The notes below the pieces were generated by a model. The model ran no database searches and had not been told where the DNA came from. It was given only the letters and a program-made list of their open reading frames with translations. From assembly GCA_019119475.1 (NCBI GenBank), contig DWWY01000001.1, forward strand, positions 12,260 through 76,259: a stretch of DNA of 64,000 nt, given 5' to 3'. Positions within the stretch are counted from its first letter, which is position 1, and each line of letters starts with the position of its first letter. A program made the position numbers and the translations under genes. Origin of the DNA: Candidatus Alistipes stercorigallinarum (lineage in GTDB: Bacteria > Bacteroidota > Bacteroidia > Bacteroidales > Rikenellaceae). Shown piece after piece: positions 63,977 through 64,000 of the stretch.

Positions 63977-64000
63977 CTCCCGCTCCCGATGGCCGGAAGG

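Noticed and set aside
1-64000. Apparent excess of TCGA (ctcgag, gtcgag, ttcgag)
   Set aside because: It is plausibly explained by preferred codons (CTC/GTC/TTC before GAG/GAC, and TCG for Ser), and I could not test it against a codon-aware null.
1-64000. Mobile elements, prophage, defence genes, reverse transcriptases, tRNA or rRNA
   Set aside because: No transposase, integrase, phage, RT, nuclease-system or tRNA/rRNA signatures were recognised.

Overview
GC-rich chromosomal segment from a Bacteroidota bacterium, most likely Alistipes-like (Rikenellaceae). This is an inference from TAnnTTTG -7 promoter boxes, A-rich translation starts without Shine-Dalgarno motifs, SusC/SusD genes and overall gene content. 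Left to right: the 5' part of a HAL/PAL/TAL ammonia-lyase running off the left edge (absent from the ORF track); an ECF sigma/FecR-controlled PUL (SusC, SusD, multidomain GH18, DUF1735-LamG lipoprotein, GH20) that probably targets host N-glycans; a FUSC membrane protein; RNase P RNA; a reordered moxR/bat operon; uvrD-GT2-nth-TlpA; rplY-pth; an FN3-repeat lipoprotein cassette; a truncated dcw cluster (rsmH-ftsL-ftsI-murE-mraY-[lipoprotein]-murD-ftsW-hslR); a glsA/glsB-like acyltransferase pair; porin-HAD; tgt-lptF/G-PASTA-rluD-ygiQ-GNAT; GT2-ECF-rsmG; kbl-lrp; pgk; an M13 peptidase and a thioredoxin-like protein. I saw no transposase, integrase, CRISPR array, rRNA or tRNA, and no complete new multi-gene system that I can support. 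The best leads are: apparent total absence of GATC with synonymous codons bent to avoid it; a promoter-to-terminator FN3 lipoprotein cassette bounded by a 26/27-bp direct repeat; a lipoprotein gene coupled into the dcw operon; a 5S loop-E-like hairpin in the rplY leader; a degenerate GT2 coupled to an ECF sigma; and unrelated tandem-repeat arrays in many intergenic regions. All coordinates, counts and family calls were made by eye and need computational confirmation.
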